Assembly (NCBI RefSeq): GCF_006345805.1
Contig: NW_021833367.1
Span: 1-35,092 of the forward strand
Reading direction: 5' to 3'
DNA: 35,092 nt
Origin: Octopus sinensis
Lineage: Eukaryota
Position 1 is the stretch's first letter, and every line of letters starts with the position of its first letter. Shown here piece by piece: positions 34,568 to 35,092 of this stretch. The notes beneath the pieces are model-generated. The model was not told the DNA's origin and did not search any database. It saw only the letters and a list, made by a program, of their open reading frames with translations. The position numbers and the translations under genes were made by a program.

Positions 34568-34804
34568 TAAAATATATAATAAAATAACATAAATAAGTAG
34601 GCAGAAATAATGAATGAATTAATTAATTATGAATAAAAATAACCACATAAGCAAATTTATTTCACCTTTATATTTTTATTTATTCTTTACTCCTTATTTC
34701 TGCTTACTTATTTTCCTTATTTTATTTTATTTATGTTTTATAAATACCAACAATGTTATCTATGTAAACATATACACATAATATAATCCATCTATGCATA
34801 GTAA

Positions 34805-35070
34805 AGGCACATGGCTTAGTGGTTAGGGCATTCAGCTCATGATCATAAGATCATAAGTTCAATTCCTGGTGACGCATTGTTTCACGCATTGTTTCACGTT
34901 GCTCCAGTTCACTCAGCTGGCAAAGATGAGTAACACCTGTATGTCATGCTGAATCTCCCTGAGAACTACATTAAGGGTACCCATGTCTGTGGAGTGCTCA
35001 TGAGCATGCTGTCCTGTTGATCATATCAGCTAGGACCTTTGTCATCATAACCAATGGAGTGCTCCTCAAT
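34805..35070 (+). mobile_element. Diverged SINE family B
   Basis: tggcttagtggttagggcattcagctcatgatc...aagttcaattcc...gagaactacattaagggtac; homologous to 1503-1822. Confidence 0.8.
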
Positions 35071-35092
35071 GTAATCCATGTATGCATATACA

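Overview
Repeat-saturated, AT-rich eukaryotic DNA with no recognisable intact host gene. The SINE families and the (TA)n/(TACA)n/(TAGA)n load suggest an octopus (coleoid cephalopod) genome; this is inferred from recognition, not from a database search. The window is a mosaic of microsatellites, about six tRNA- or RTE-type SINE families, and 3' fragments of at least four CR1-group LINE families. It also holds two Penelope-like element (PLE) RT + GIY-YIG coding segments on the minus strand (9474-10772 and about 28322-29652), a degenerate Helitron 3' end, and an interstitial (CCCTAA)n array. Nearly all short ORFs in the track are microsatellite or SINE noise. Main unexplained signals: (1) three type I hammerhead ribozyme motifs found by eye, all on the minus strand and in PLE-like 3' contexts (6859-6909, 24708-24779, and a decayed one at 26640-26691); (2) head-to-tail multimers of SINE/LINE pieces whose junctions recur at separate loci; (3) a 3' stem-loop shared, with covarying stems, between one SINE and two LINEs; (4) a satellite built from CR1 RT coding sequence with a dimeric higher-order period; (5) a tail-to-tail SINE hairpin of about 830 nt. 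Boundaries of diverged repeats are approximate (about +/-10-20 nt).
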